64,000 bases of DNA from contig CAMXSN010000004.1 in assembly GCA_947246685.1 (NCBI GenBank), positions 11,117 through 75,116 on the forward strand, read 5' to 3'. The DNA is from an uncultured Clostridia bacterium (lineage in GTDB: Bacteria; Bacillota; Clostridia; Christensenellales; UBA3700). Positions 48,677-57,976 of the stretch are shown here, piece after piece. Made by a program: the position numbers and the translations under genes. Positions within the stretch are counted from its first letter, which is position 1. Every line of letters begins with the position of its first letter. Under the pieces are notes generated by a model. The model saw nothing but the letters and a program-made list of their open reading frames with translations, was not told where the DNA came from and made no database searches.

Positions 48677-48889
48677 AATAGCCACGAGAAATAGCAAAAG
48701 TACACGGTCTTTCCGAAAATTTCATCAAAATTTAATAAAAGTCCGTATTTTAGCCGATTTTGCCGCTGTTTTTATGCTTACAATATTTAGGCTTGAAAGT
48801 CGTATTTTATCACGGTCTTTCCCGAAAAAATTTTGTCCTTACATCAAATAGCCTTGAAAACGGCAAAAGTCCACGCTTTTCATAAAAAA
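48677..48889. repeat. Three imperfect ~44-bp direct repeats (iteron-like)
   Basis: Copies at 48677-48720, 48785-48829 and 48847-48889. Shared core ATAGCCnnGAnAA...CAAAAGTnCACGGTCTTTCCGAAAA. Non-coding stretch. Confidence 0.65.
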
Positions 48890-49176
48890 TAATTTGAAAA
48901 AATTTTGCCCGTTGCTTATACGCGATAGCATTATACCATACTGCGAAAAATAATGCGGTTGCATTGAAAGGTAGTTTCGGGGAACGAAAGGGTTACAAAG
49001 TAACAATGCGGCGCATAACGTAGCGGGAGTATTCGGGAAGTGAAAAGCAAGTAAACGGCGGCAACGTAAAAAAATCGGGGCCGCACGGTAAGCCTGCGCG
49101 TGCGCCCCGATTTTAGTTGCCACCCTTGCTTTTTACGTTACAGCGGCTTTGTTCTTTTCGGTTGTGTTCGGTTTGT

Positions 49177-49230
49177 GGCGGGTGCTTGACGGCGGCGCAA
49201 GCCGCCGCTTGTATAAGTCAAGCACCCGCC
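49177..49230. repeat. Nested GC-rich palindrome
   Basis: Perfect 14-bp arms GGCGGGTGCTTGAC (49177-49190) and GTCAAGCACCCGCC (49217-49230) enclose the GGCGGC-GCAA-GCCGCC hairpin (49191-49206). Confidence 0.9.
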
Positions 49231-49287
49231 AAAGTGCCATTTGGAAATTTTTCGTTCAACATTTTCTTTTTACTCTATATATTGCCA

Positions 49288-49316
49288 TTGACTTTTGCCA
49301 TAAAAAATGCTAAAAT
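49288..49316 (+). promoter_or_regulatory. Sigma-70-type promoter TTGACT-17 bp-TAAAAT for the R-M cassette
   Basis: Hexamers at 49288-49293 and 49311-49316, about 30 bp upstream of the HTH gene. Confidence 0.5.
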
Positions 49317-49347
49317 AGTGCTAATCAGATGATAATGGAGACGCACT

Positions 49348-49548
49348 ATGACTTATGCCGAAAAAATAAGACAATCGAGAGAAACCCTTTTGATGACGCA
49401 AGGTGAGTTGGCAACCGAACTCGGAGTCAACTCGATTACCGTTTGCAGATGGGAAACAGGCAAAACCGAACCAAGCATAAAAGCGAAAAAAGCTTTTAGA
49501 GATTTGTGCGAACGGAAAGGACTTACTTTCGACGAAAACAATGGATAA
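49348..49548 (+). CDS. Small XRE-family HTH protein, candidate R-M controller (C) protein
   Basis: 66 aa. LLMTQGELATELGVNSITVCRWETGKTEPS. First gene of the vsr/dcm/REase cassette. Overlaps the vsr start. Confidence 0.65.
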   Translation: MTYAEKIRQSRETLLMTQGELATELGVNSITVCRWETGKTEPSIKAKKAFRDLCERKGLTFDENNG

Positions 49549-49972
49549 AACTCAAGAAGAAATTACGCGAAACATGCATAGCAATAAATGCAGAGATACA
49601 AAACCGGAGTTATTGTTGCGCAGCGAACTATGGAAACGCGGATTACGATATAGGAAAAACTATAAAAAATTAGTCGGAAAACCCGATATCGTATTTGTAA
49701 GAAAGAAAATCGCGATTTTCGTAGACGGAAAAATGTGGCACGGATACGACTGGGAAAATCAGAAAAACGATTTCAAATCGCATCGAGATTTTTGGATTCC
49801 TAAAATAGAACGCAATATCGCTCGTGATAAGTCTGTGAATCAGCAATTGAAAAACGACGGTTGGACTGTGCTGAGATTTTGGGATTTTGAAATAAAAAAG
49901 CACCTTTCGGATTGTGCAGACAAAATAGAAAACATATACAACGAAAAAAAGATCATCGAAACGGAGATATAA
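49541..49972 (+). CDS. vsr: Very-short-patch repair endonuclease
   Basis: 143 aa. CRDTKPELLLRSELWKRGLRYR, PDIVFVRKKIAIFVDGKMWHG. Confidence 0.9.
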   Translation: MDKTQEEITRNMHSNKCRDTKPELLLRSELWKRGLRYRKNYKKLVGKPDIVFVRKKIAIFVDGKMWHGYDWENQKNDFKSHRDFWIPKIERNIARDKSVNQQLKNDGWTVLRFWDFEIKKHLSDCADKIENIYNEKKIIETEI

Positions 49973-49973
49973 G

Positions 49974-50981
49974 ATGTTAAAAAGTATTGATTTATTCGCA
50001 GGTATCGGCGGCATTCGGCTCGGGTTCGAAAATGCCTTCGGCGACGAATTGAAAACGGTATTCGTCAGCGAATGGGACGAATACGCTCAAAAAACTTATA
50101 AGGCGAATTTCCACACCGATTTCGAAATCGCCGGCGATATAACGAAAATAAAGGAAACGGATATTCCCGACTTCGATATATGTCTTGCGGGATTCCCTTG
50201 TCAGGCATTCAGTTTGGCAGGACAGCGCAAGGGCTTCAAAGACGATTATAAAGGAATGTCTCGCGGCACGTTGTTTTTCGACGTGGCGAGAATTTGCGCC
50301 GAGAAAAAACCGAAAGTAATTTTCTGCGAAAACGTAAAAGGTTTGACGATACACGATAAAGGAAGAACATTCGAAATTATTACCGAAACGCTCAAAGAAA
50401 TCGGTTATACTCCGTTCGAGCAAATATTAAACAGCCGCAATTTCGGCGTTCCGCAAAACAGAGAACGTATTTACATTGTAGCATTCAGAAACGATATTGC
50501 ACCGAAAGAATTTATCTTCCCCGCGAAAACCGACGACACCAAACGTATTCGCGATATTATGGAAGAAAACCCCGTTCCCGCGAAATATTATCTCAGCACC
50601 TGCTATATGGATACGCTTATCAGACATAAAGAACGCCACGCGGCGAAAGGTCACGGATTCGGATACGAAATTCGAGATCTTGACGACGTATCGGGCGCAA
50701 TCATTTGCGGCGGTATGGGCAGAGAAAGAAATTTGATCATAGATAAAAGACAGACGAATTTAACGCCTACCACCCACATTAAGGGCGAAATCAATAAAGA
50801 CGGCATCCGAAAAATGACTCCGAGAGAATGGGCAAGACTGCAAGGTTTTCCGGACGATTACAAATTCGTTTTGGCGGACGTTCATCTTTACAAGCAATTC
50901 GGAAACAGCGTAACGGTTCCCGTAATACAAGCAATAGCGGAAAAAATCAAAGAGGTACTCGATAAAAATGGCAGAGATTAA
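49974..50981 (+). CDS. dcm: DNA (cytosine-5)-methyltransferase
   Basis: 335 aa. Motif I DLFAGIGGIRLGF, motif IV GFPCQAFSLAG, motif VI ENVKGL, motif VIII QNRERIYIVAF, motif X QFGNSV. Confidence 0.9.
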   Translation: MLKSIDLFAGIGGIRLGFENAFGDELKTVFVSEWDEYAQKTYKANFHTDFEIAGDITKIKETDIPDFDICLAGFPCQAFSLAGQRKGFKDDYKGMSRGTLFFDVARICAEKKPKVIFCENVKGLTIHDKGRTFEIITETLKEIGYTPFEQILNSRNFGVPQNRERIYIVAFRNDIAPKEFIFPAKTDDTKRIRDIMEENPVPAKYYLSTCYMDTLIRHKERHAAKGHGFGYEIRDLDDVSGAIICGGMGRERNLIIDKRQTNLTPTTHIKGEINKDGIRKMTPREWARLQGFPDDYKFVLADVHLYKQFGNSVTVPVIQAIAEKIKEVLDKNGRD

Positions 50982-52134
50982 AGGGAAAAATAAGGGCGAA
51001 TGGTCCGAAATGTACATTTTCTTCAAACTGATGTCCGACAGAAAGGTTTACGTCGCGGACAAAGATATGAATAAACTGAAAGACGTGTTCTTAAATATCG
51101 TCAGTATTATTCGCGAAGAAGTTGCAGGTAAAGAATATCGTTATTTTACGGGCGATAAAGTGGTTATCACGCTTAACGGCGAAACCGTAATGACTTTGGA
51201 TTCTTCATTGTTTACGGAAAAAGCCGCACGCGTTTGGAAAATGATAACCGAAAATAAAGGCAATACGACTTTTACCGATGAAGAAATCAAAGAATTTCTC
51301 GAGTCGATTTTCATCCACAATATATCTGCTCCCGCGCAAAAGAAAAACGATTATTTCGGCGGCACGAAAGATATCGTTCTCGATACGATAGATTATCGTT
51401 CCGGCGTAAGCCAAATAATGGGCTTTTCCTGTAAATCGGATATCGATGCCGCATCGACGTTATTCAATGCAAGCGGAGATAATACTAATTTCGAGTACTA
51501 ATTGGTCGTAAATATAAACGACGATGTAATGAACGAATTTAATTCGTTATTTAACGAAGTGGTCCGTAAAGGCGTAGTCTGTCACGACGTGGCAACCGGC
51601 AGCCGTATGAATTATTTGAAGTCCTGTGGCATCGATGTAAAATTCGTAAATCCCGTAAAGGAAACCGCAAGACAAAATTTGATACGTTGCGGCGGTTTGG
51701 AAACTCCTGCCGTTGTTGCGGAAATGTTGAAATATTACTACTACGACAAATCGGGAACGGATACTTCTCTCGACGAAGCGATTAAACATCTTGCCGAGTC
51801 CGATCCCGCAGGTTATTCTTTCGGCGAGTTGTACGATACATATCATCTGAAAATAGCAAATCTTTTGTATTCTATGTTCACGGGCTTGCGTTTTTCCAAA
51901 CCGTGGAACGGCAAATCCGATGTGAGCGGCGGATATATCGTTGTTAAACGCGACGGCGACGTCGTTGCCTTCCACTCCTGCATTGCCGACGTATTCAAGG
52001 ATTTTCTTGTGGACAAATTGAAGTTCGAAGCCCCGTCTTGCAGTCGTCACGATTATATGTCGATTTATAAAAAAGACGACGGCAAATACTATCTGAAATT
52101 TGCCCTGCAATTCAGATTTAAATTGAAAAAATAA
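50968..52134 (+). pseudogene. HpaII-family restriction endonuclease interrupted by a single in-frame TAA (51499-51501)
   Basis: ORFs 50968..51501 and 51502..52134 share one frame and are separated only by TAA. The combined ~388 codons fit a single REase. The N-terminal NKGEWSEMYIFFKLM...VSIIREE matches my recollection of the HpaII family. Confidence 0.6.
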
Positions 52135-53060
52135 TGCGAGTATGCAGTTTGTTTTGCGGAATCGGCGGAATAGACCTTGCCTTTACGCAAGCCGGGCATG
52201 AAATCGTATGGGCTAACGATATCGATAAATATGCCTGCATGACCTATCGGCACAATTTTCCCGATACGGTTTTGGCCGAGGGCGATCTTCGCGCAATCGA
52301 TAAACACGATATCCCCGATTTCGATATACTTGCGGCAGGGTTTCCTTGCCAACCGTTTTCGGTTTGCGGAAAACAAAAAGGCTTTTCGGACGAACGAGGA
52401 AATTTGTTCTTCGAAATCGGAAAAGTAATCGATGCAAAAAATCCCTCTACCGTGTTTTTAGAGAATGTTGCAAATCTTACGGAACACGACCACGATAAAA
52501 CGTTCAACGTTATTCATAACGAACTTGCGGGGCGCGGATATTTTATTCGCTATCTTGTTGCAGACGCTTGCGATTATGGTATTCCGCAACATAGAACGAG
52601 AACGTATATCGTCGCATTTTCGGACAGAACCGCCTGCGAAAATTTTACGTTTCCGGAAAAAGTTCCGCTCGAGAAACGAATAACCGATATTATCGACGTA
52701 GCCGTAAAAGCGGACGATAAATATTACTATTCGCCCGATTCGGCAATGTATCAACGCTTAAGCCGATATATTACCGACGAAAAACAGTTGTATCGATTTG
52801 CGGATTACGGTATTCAATCGAGCAAAAACGGCATATCGTTTACGCTCAAAGCGAATATGGGAACGTATTACGACCGTGTGCCGATTATAAAAGATAATTT
52901 CGGCATACGAAATATCACACCGACGGAATGTCTTGCTTTGCAAGGTTACCCGAAAAACTTCTCTTTTCCCCTTGCTATTCCCGAGAAAGAACAATCCAAA
53001 CAAGCGGGAAATACAGTGTGCTTATGTGCTGTAAATAAAATCGTAATGCAAACACATTAA
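52134..53060 (+). CDS. Second DNA (cytosine-5)-methyltransferase
   Basis: 308 aa. SLFCGIGGIDLAF, GFPCQPFSVCG, ENVANL, QHRTRTYIVAF, QAGNTV. The start overlaps the previous stop (TAATG). Confidence 0.9.
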   Translation: MRVCSLFCGIGGIDLAFTQAGHEIVWANDIDKYACMTYRHNFPDTVLAEGDLRAIDKHDIPDFDILAAGFPCQPFSVCGKQKGFSDERGNLFFEIGKVIDAKNPSTVFLENVANLTEHDHDKTFNVIHNELAGRGYFIRYLVADACDYGIPQHRTRTYIVAFSDRTACENFTFPEKVPLEKRITDIIDVAVKADDKYYYSPDSAMYQRLSRYITDEKQLYRFADYGIQSSKNGISFTLKANMGTYYDRVPIIKDNFGIRNITPTECLALQGYPKNFSFPLAIPEKEQSKQAGNTVCLCAVNKIVMQTH

Positions 53061-53164
53061 ATCGGAATTATGGCAAAAATTTAAGTATACTAATTAAATT
53101 GGTTAGAAAATCGAATTTTCAATATAGTAATACTTATGGAATAGTCTCAGTTAAGGAGTATAAG

Positions 53165-55174
53165 ATGCGTATCACCCAAATACAAATTAAGAATTTTAGA
53201 ATTTTGCAAAATTCTATTATGGACTTTGATAGAGATATCTGCTTATTGTTAGGCAGGAACAATACCGGAAAAACATCATTCATGGTATTGATTGAGAAGT
53301 TCTTGAAAAACGGTGATTTTGATTTTAATGATTTTTCTATTAATCTAAGAAGTAAACTTTTTGCATTTGATGAAAAAACAGATGTGAATGAATTAGCAAT
53401 CCAATTGATAATGACACTTGAATATGATGGTAGTGACAATTTGTGCCACTTATCCGAGTTTATACTTGATCTTGATCCAGAATGCAAAACCGTTAATTTG
53501 TTGTTTGAGTGTTCTATCAAAAAAGATAAATTGCTTGAGGGAATAAAAAATATAGGGACAGTGCCTGTAGCTAAATTTGTGACTAATCATATTAAGGATT
53601 ACTTGCAAAAAAAAGTTTATACGTTTAGTTCTACTGACGATTTGAAAACCGAAAACAGATACAAGCTCATTGAAAAAGAATTCAAGGATGTTGAAAAATT
53701 AATTGATTTTGAAATTATTCACGCAAAGCGTAGTGTGTCGAGTTCGGAAGAGAAAAACGGGGCAAAGGTTCTTTCTAAACTAACCACAGATTACTATAAT
53801 CAATCAACCATCAATGCTCAGGATAAGTTCGAAGAGATAAATGCTTTGATATCCAAAATGGACGAAGATTTAGGAAAAAGTTACGAGAAATTTTTTAACA
53901 ACTTTCTTGCAAATGCTAAAGAATTCTTGAGCATGAGCAATCTTAAGGTGGTTTCTAACTTAAAAGCCAAGGAGATTGTCAATGACTCTTCCGAGGTTGT
54001 ATATGGCGATTTGACGCAACGATTACCCGAACATCTTAATGGCTTGGGACATATGAATATTTTGTTTTTGCTATTGAGCATAGAAATTAAGAAAGAGGCG
54101 TTTAAAGCTAATAACAAGGATATAAAGTTGTTGTTGATTGAAGAGCCTGAAGCACACACGCACCCTCAAATTCAATATATTTTTGCTCAAAAGATAGAAA
54201 GTATATTAAAAGAGATTCCAAATATGCAAACTATAATTTCTACTCATTCACCGCATATCGTTTCAAATCATCCATTTGAAAATATTAGATACATGTCTCT
54301 AAAAAAGAGCGATGATGGCGACAACATAGAGATTAAAAATTTCTATAGTGAATTGAGTCAAAAATATGTTGGAGAGGAAAAGGAATTTTCTTTCTTGACT
54401 CAATATTTGAGTGTGCAATCCTCTGAATTGTTTTTTGCCGATAAAGCGATTTTTATAGAAGGAATATCGGAAGGTATCCTAATCGATTATTTCGCTAACC
54501 AATATGACATAAAAATGAAGATGGAAGAAGCAAAAAAGAAAGAGGCGGATGCAGAGTATAAATCAAATTATATACCATTGTCAGCTCAAAATATTACAGT
54601 AATACAAGTGGGCGCTAATGCTAAGGCGTTTAGACATTTCATTGAATTTCTTCATATTCCCACCCTTATTATAACTGATATAGATACAGTTTATCGTAAA
54701 AATGGTACGAAGAAAGCAACATATCCTGCTTGTCAAGTCTTAGATGCTGAGTGTTGTAATACTTCTAATGCAACAATTAAATACTATTATGCAGCTCCAG
54801 AATTTATATACGGTTGTTCAGCACATGCTATTTGGCTTGAAAATATTAAAAACCACTCTCAAAAATGTATAAGCGAATTTGTAAAAGTGAGCTATCAGAG
54901 TGAAGAAAACGGATATTATCCAAGAAGCTTTGAAGATGCATTTATAAATGTGAATTTAGCAGCATTGAAAAAATATCAAGATCAGTTATTGGGATTGAAA
55001 AACGATGATGAAATTGATGTCAATAATAATATTTATGATTTGACACAAAAGATAATTGATAAAAAATCAGATTTTGCCTCATCTTTGCTTTACATTGCTT
55101 ATACTGATAAAAATGTTGAATGGACAACCCCTAAATATATACAGGAAGGATTAGAATGGCTACAGACTCGTTAA
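53165..55174 (+). CDS. gajA: OLD-family ATP-dependent endonuclease (ABC-type ATPase plus TOPRIM), GajA-like
   Basis: Start at ATG 53165 behind AAGGAG. ITQIQIKNFRIL, Walker A GRNNTGKTS, LLLIEEPEAHTHPQ, TOPRIM Glu in AIFIEGISEG and DxD in LIITDIDT. Confidence 0.7.
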   Translation: MRITQIQIKNFRILQNSIMDFDRDICLLLGRNNTGKTSFMVLIEKFLKNGDFDFNDFSINLRSKLFAFDEKTDVNELAIQLIMTLEYDGSDNLCHLSEFILDLDPECKTVNLLFECSIKKDKLLEGIKNIGTVPVAKFVTNHIKDYLQKKVYTFSSTDDLKTENRYKLIEKEFKDVEKLIDFEIIHAKRSVSSSEEKNGAKVLSKLTTDYYNQSTINAQDKFEEINALISKMDEDLGKSYEKFFNNFLANAKEFLSMSNLKVVSNLKAKEIVNDSSEVVYGDLTQRLPEHLNGLGHMNILFLLLSIEIKKEAFKANNKDIKLLLIEEPEAHTHPQIQYIFAQKIESILKEIPNMQTIISTHSPHIVSNHPFENIRYMSLKKSDDGDNIEIKNFYSELSQKYVGEEKEFSFLTQYLSVQSSELFFADKAIFIEGISEGILIDYFANQYDIKMKMEEAKKKEADAEYKSNYIPLSAQNITVIQVGANAKAFRHFIEFLHIPTLIITDIDTVYRKNGTKKATYPACQVLDAECCNTSNATIKYYYAAPEFIYGCSAHAIWLENIKNHSQKCISEFVKVSYQSEENGYYPRSFEDAFINVNLAALKKYQDQLLGLKNDDEIDVNNNIYDLTQKIIDKKSDFASSLLYIAYTDKNVEWTTPKYIQEGLEWLQTR

Positions 55175-57168
55175 TAAAGGCTATTGATCAATGTAAACAA
55201 TGCATCGACGAAAAAATTAGTTTTGTTCTTCAAGGTGGTGCCGGCAGCGGCAAAACAGAATCGCTTAAAGAGTTGTTGATATATATTAATCAAACAAATC
55301 CTAAAGCAAAAGTAATGTGTATTACCCATACCAATGTTGCAGTTAATGAAATACTAAGTAGAACTGGAAATGCTTTTCCTGTATCAACTATTCATTCTTT
55401 TCTTAACGGTTTGGTTAAAGACTATAAGAAAAATATATATACCGTTATTGGAGAACTGTTTTTCATTCCGGAATTTGTTGCTACCGAAAAAACGGAAAAT
55501 GTTTCCGATAAAGATTACAAAAAGAATGAATATGATCGATATAAGAAAATGTATGAAAAATATGCAGATAAGCATTATCAATTAACTCATGAATCTGTAG
55601 AAAAAATAGTTGGAAAAAAAGATTACGATAATAATCCTGAAACATTTAACAAACTTCTTAACGATGGCATCAAAATTATCAATAATAAGATTGCTGAATA
55701 TATATCTTCAAAGGATTATTCTACAATAGGTTATAACGATACCAAATTTGATAGCTTTAAGGATCTAACATATGGTCATGACGGTTTGTTGGAAGTATTT
55801 CATCTACTAATAAATAAGTATCCATTGTTGTCAAAAATGATCGCTGATCGTTATAATTATATATTTATCGATGAATATCAAGATACAAATGCTGACATCG
55901 TTTGTGATTTAATACAAGTTTCTCAAAGCAGCGGACTAACATTATGTTTATTTGGAGATAGTATGCAATCCATTTACAGTGATGGAGTTGGTAATGTGGA
56001 TAAGCACATCTGCGATTCTTTAATTTCAATTCCAAAACCTGATAATTATCGTTGTGCTTATGAAATTATCAAATTTGTGAATCCCCTACGATTAGACGGC
56101 TTAGAGCAAGAGGTGGCGCTTAAGACCAATGCAAAAGGAGAAGTTGAATCCGAAGAATCACGTCATGGATTTGTAAAAGTTTTATATTCTATATGCGAAC
56201 AAAAACCTACTTCTCATAGTTCTGATGAAGAAAAAATAGCATATCAATCAAAAATTGATGCATTAATTCTCAAGGCGAAGGAATATTGTTCACCTGCTAA
56301 AATATTGATGCTGACAAACAAGGCAATTGCAGAGAAAAACCACTTTCAAAAACTTTATAAAGTGTTTGATGATAAGTATTCTGAGGTTGGAGATCAAATG
56401 GAAAAATATTTGTCTTCGATTCAAGTTTTAGAATTCTGCGATATTTGTAATGCTTATCTCCGTGGTGAATATAATACGCTAATACAATCTATACGATTAA
56501 ATGGATACGTTATTCGAAACCTTTCAGATAAGAAAAAGATCAATGATATTATGTCAAGTATTGTAGCTAACCATGAGTTGTCAATGTGGCAGGCGATCGA
56601 ATTAGCGGTAGAAAAGAAACTTATAAAGCTGTCCGATAGTTGTGTTAATAAAATCGATCAAGAAAGAGCTTTTGTGGAACAATGCAACAGAGATGAATCC
56701 TATCAAAAATTCAAAGAATCGTATCTTTCTGGAAAGAATACATATAATAAAATTAAGGATGCTATCGATATTCCATCTAAAGATGTTTTTGATGTTTTTG
56801 AAGCAATATATAAAAGAGAACGCTTTATAAATGAATTACTGTCACCTGATTTGAAATTCATTGAGGCATTAAACTATTCCAAGTATTTAGCTGAAGATAC
56901 GGAATATATTACCATGCACAAAACAAAAGGTTCAAGTATTCAAAACGTTATTGTTGTTATGGATGAGTTCTTTTGGAATGAATATAAATTTTCTTCTTTG
57001 TATTCGCCTGACAGCGATGGCAACACTAATAGAGTAATTAATTCAAGAAAGCTAATTTATGTTGCTTGTTCGAGAGCAATATCGGGGTTAGTGTGCGTAA
57101 AAGTATTAACCCTTGATGAAGTTGAAGCTTTTAAACAGGCGTTCCCTCAAGCCGAGGAAATTTCTTAA
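55156..57168 (+). CDS. gajB: UvrD/PcrA/Rep-like superfamily 1 helicase, GajB-like
   Basis: 670 aa. Walker A GGAGSGKTE, motif II YIFIDEYQDTN, ITMHKTKGSSIQNVIVV, YVACSRA. Overlaps the OLD gene by 19 nt. Confidence 0.7.
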   Translation: MATDSLIKAIDQCKQCIDEKISFVLQGGAGSGKTESLKELLIYINQTNPKAKVMCITHTNVAVNEILSRTGNAFPVSTIHSFLNGLVKDYKKNIYTVIGELFFIPEFVATEKTENVSDKDYKKNEYDRYKKMYEKYADKHYQLTHESVEKIVGKKDYDNNPETFNKLLNDGIKIINNKIAEYISSKDYSTIGYNDTKFDSFKDLTYGHDGLLEVFHLLINKYPLLSKMIADRYNYIFIDEYQDTNADIVCDLIQVSQSSGLTLCLFGDSMQSIYSDGVGNVDKHICDSLISIPKPDNYRCAYEIIKFVNPLRLDGLEQEVALKTNAKGEVESEESRHGFVKVLYSICEQKPTSHSSDEEKIAYQSKIDALILKAKEYCSPAKILMLTNKAIAEKNHFQKLYKVFDDKYSEVGDQMEKYLSSIQVLEFCDICNAYLRGEYNTLIQSIRLNGYVIRNLSDKKKINDIMSSIVANHELSMWQAIELAVEKKLIKLSDSCVNKIDQERAFVEQCNRDESYQKFKESYLSGKNTYNKIKDAIDIPSKDVFDVFEAIYKRERFINELLSPDLKFIEALNYSKYLAEDTEYITMHKTKGSSIQNVIVVMDEFFWNEYKFSSLYSPDSDGNTNRVINSRKLIYVACSRAISGLVCVKVLTLDEVEAFKQAFPQAEEIS

Positions 57169-57262
57169 GATTGAAAATGAAATATGAGTCATAATATCAC
57201 TATATATAAGAGAAACCCTATTGTAAAAATTCGATTTACGTTACTATTGCTCCGCCATTAGT

Positions 57263-57302
57263 GAATAATACGAACCCACGCCAAAGTGAGTTCGTATTAT
57301 TC
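57263..57302 (+). terminator. Long hairpin, possible terminator after the helicase gene
   Basis: 13-bp stem GAATAATACGAAC / GTTCGTATTATTC with a 14-nt loop. Only a short T-run follows. Confidence 0.35.
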
Positions 57303-57530
57303 TTTGAAAGAGATTACTTCGGCGTTTGCGTTGGAATGAATATAGCGTCGCCGGAACCGCCTACACCGACAGCGTGGAAAACACAAAAGCGTGATGAGAA
57401 CGGCAACTTTACAAAATAGCGATAAAGGCACTTTAAGAGAAATCTCGGAGTGCCTTACTGTTTGCTTGATTAAGTATTTTGGTTTTGCTATAATAATTGT
57501 ACGATAAACAGTAATTTGAGGAGATATTTT

Positions 57531-57878
57531 ATGTTTAATGAAATATGCATATATGAGGCAAAACTTACCAAGTTAGATGAAATTGAAGAACTAATGAGAG
57601 AAGTAGCAGAATTTTATTTGAACCAAGATGGTGTTATTGATGTACACTATATAAAACGTACTCACCGACAAAAAGATTTTAATGCTGTTAAAGAGGGTGA
57701 ATTGCCTGTTCGACTCACGAGAAATGTCGGCAAGGTAACATATGTTTTATATTGGGTGCTGGAAAATGAAGAAGCTCATGCAAGAGTCTCAAAACTCGGT
57801 GTAGAAAAATTCTATAAACGTTGGAATAGGTGTTTAACCACAATGCCTAAAATAATATTAGGCGAAAACATCGTTTAA
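57531..57878 (+). CDS. Small hypothetical protein (115 aa), possibly a dimeric alpha/beta-barrel (ABM-like) fold
   Basis: GAGGAG RBS 8 nt before ATG 57531. No firm motif. The fold guess is weak. Confidence 0.45.
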   Translation: MFNEICIYEAKLTKLDEIEELMREVAEFYLNQDGVIDVHYIKRTHRQKDFNAVKEGELPVRLTRNVGKVTYVLYWVLENEEAHARVSKLGVEKFYKRWNRCLTTMPKIILGENIV

Positions 57879-57976
57879 CATACAACTTCCCGTTTGTCGG
57901 AGACTTAATATAGAGCGAAAGGTAAAAGATATTTTGATAAATAAGTTGAGAGAAAAAACTTTGGTAACTGTCAAAA

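Larger units (their letters stand above)
43147..57302. mobile_element. Putative mosaic integrated element / defence island (recombinases, Rep, R-M, Gabija-like); ends not defined
   Basis: Contiguous block of three serine recombinase genes, an HUH Rep, iteron-like repeats, an R-M module and an OLD/UvrD pair. Composition shifts visibly (GC-rich 43-49 kb, AT-rich 53-57 kb, judged by eye). A recombinase remnant lies just beyond. No flanking direct repeats were identified. Confidence 0.45.

Noticed and set aside
51499-51501. Reading the in-frame TAA as programmed recoding or an alternative genetic code.
   Set aside because: TAA terminates many other well-supported genes in this window (for example potB, dcm and thiE-HAD), so it functions as a normal stop codon here. 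A nonsense mutation or sequencing error is more parsimonious.
43147-57302. Interpreting the island as a prophage.
   Set aside because: No capsid, portal, terminase, tail or lysis genes are present. The content is recombinases, Rep and defence cargo, which fits an integrative element or defence island better.
57330-57420. A GC-richer patch that might be the tail of a decayed gene (reads ...EYSVAGTAYTDSVENTKA-stop in one frame).
   Set aside because: It is too short, has no recognisable family, and I cannot support it without a database search.
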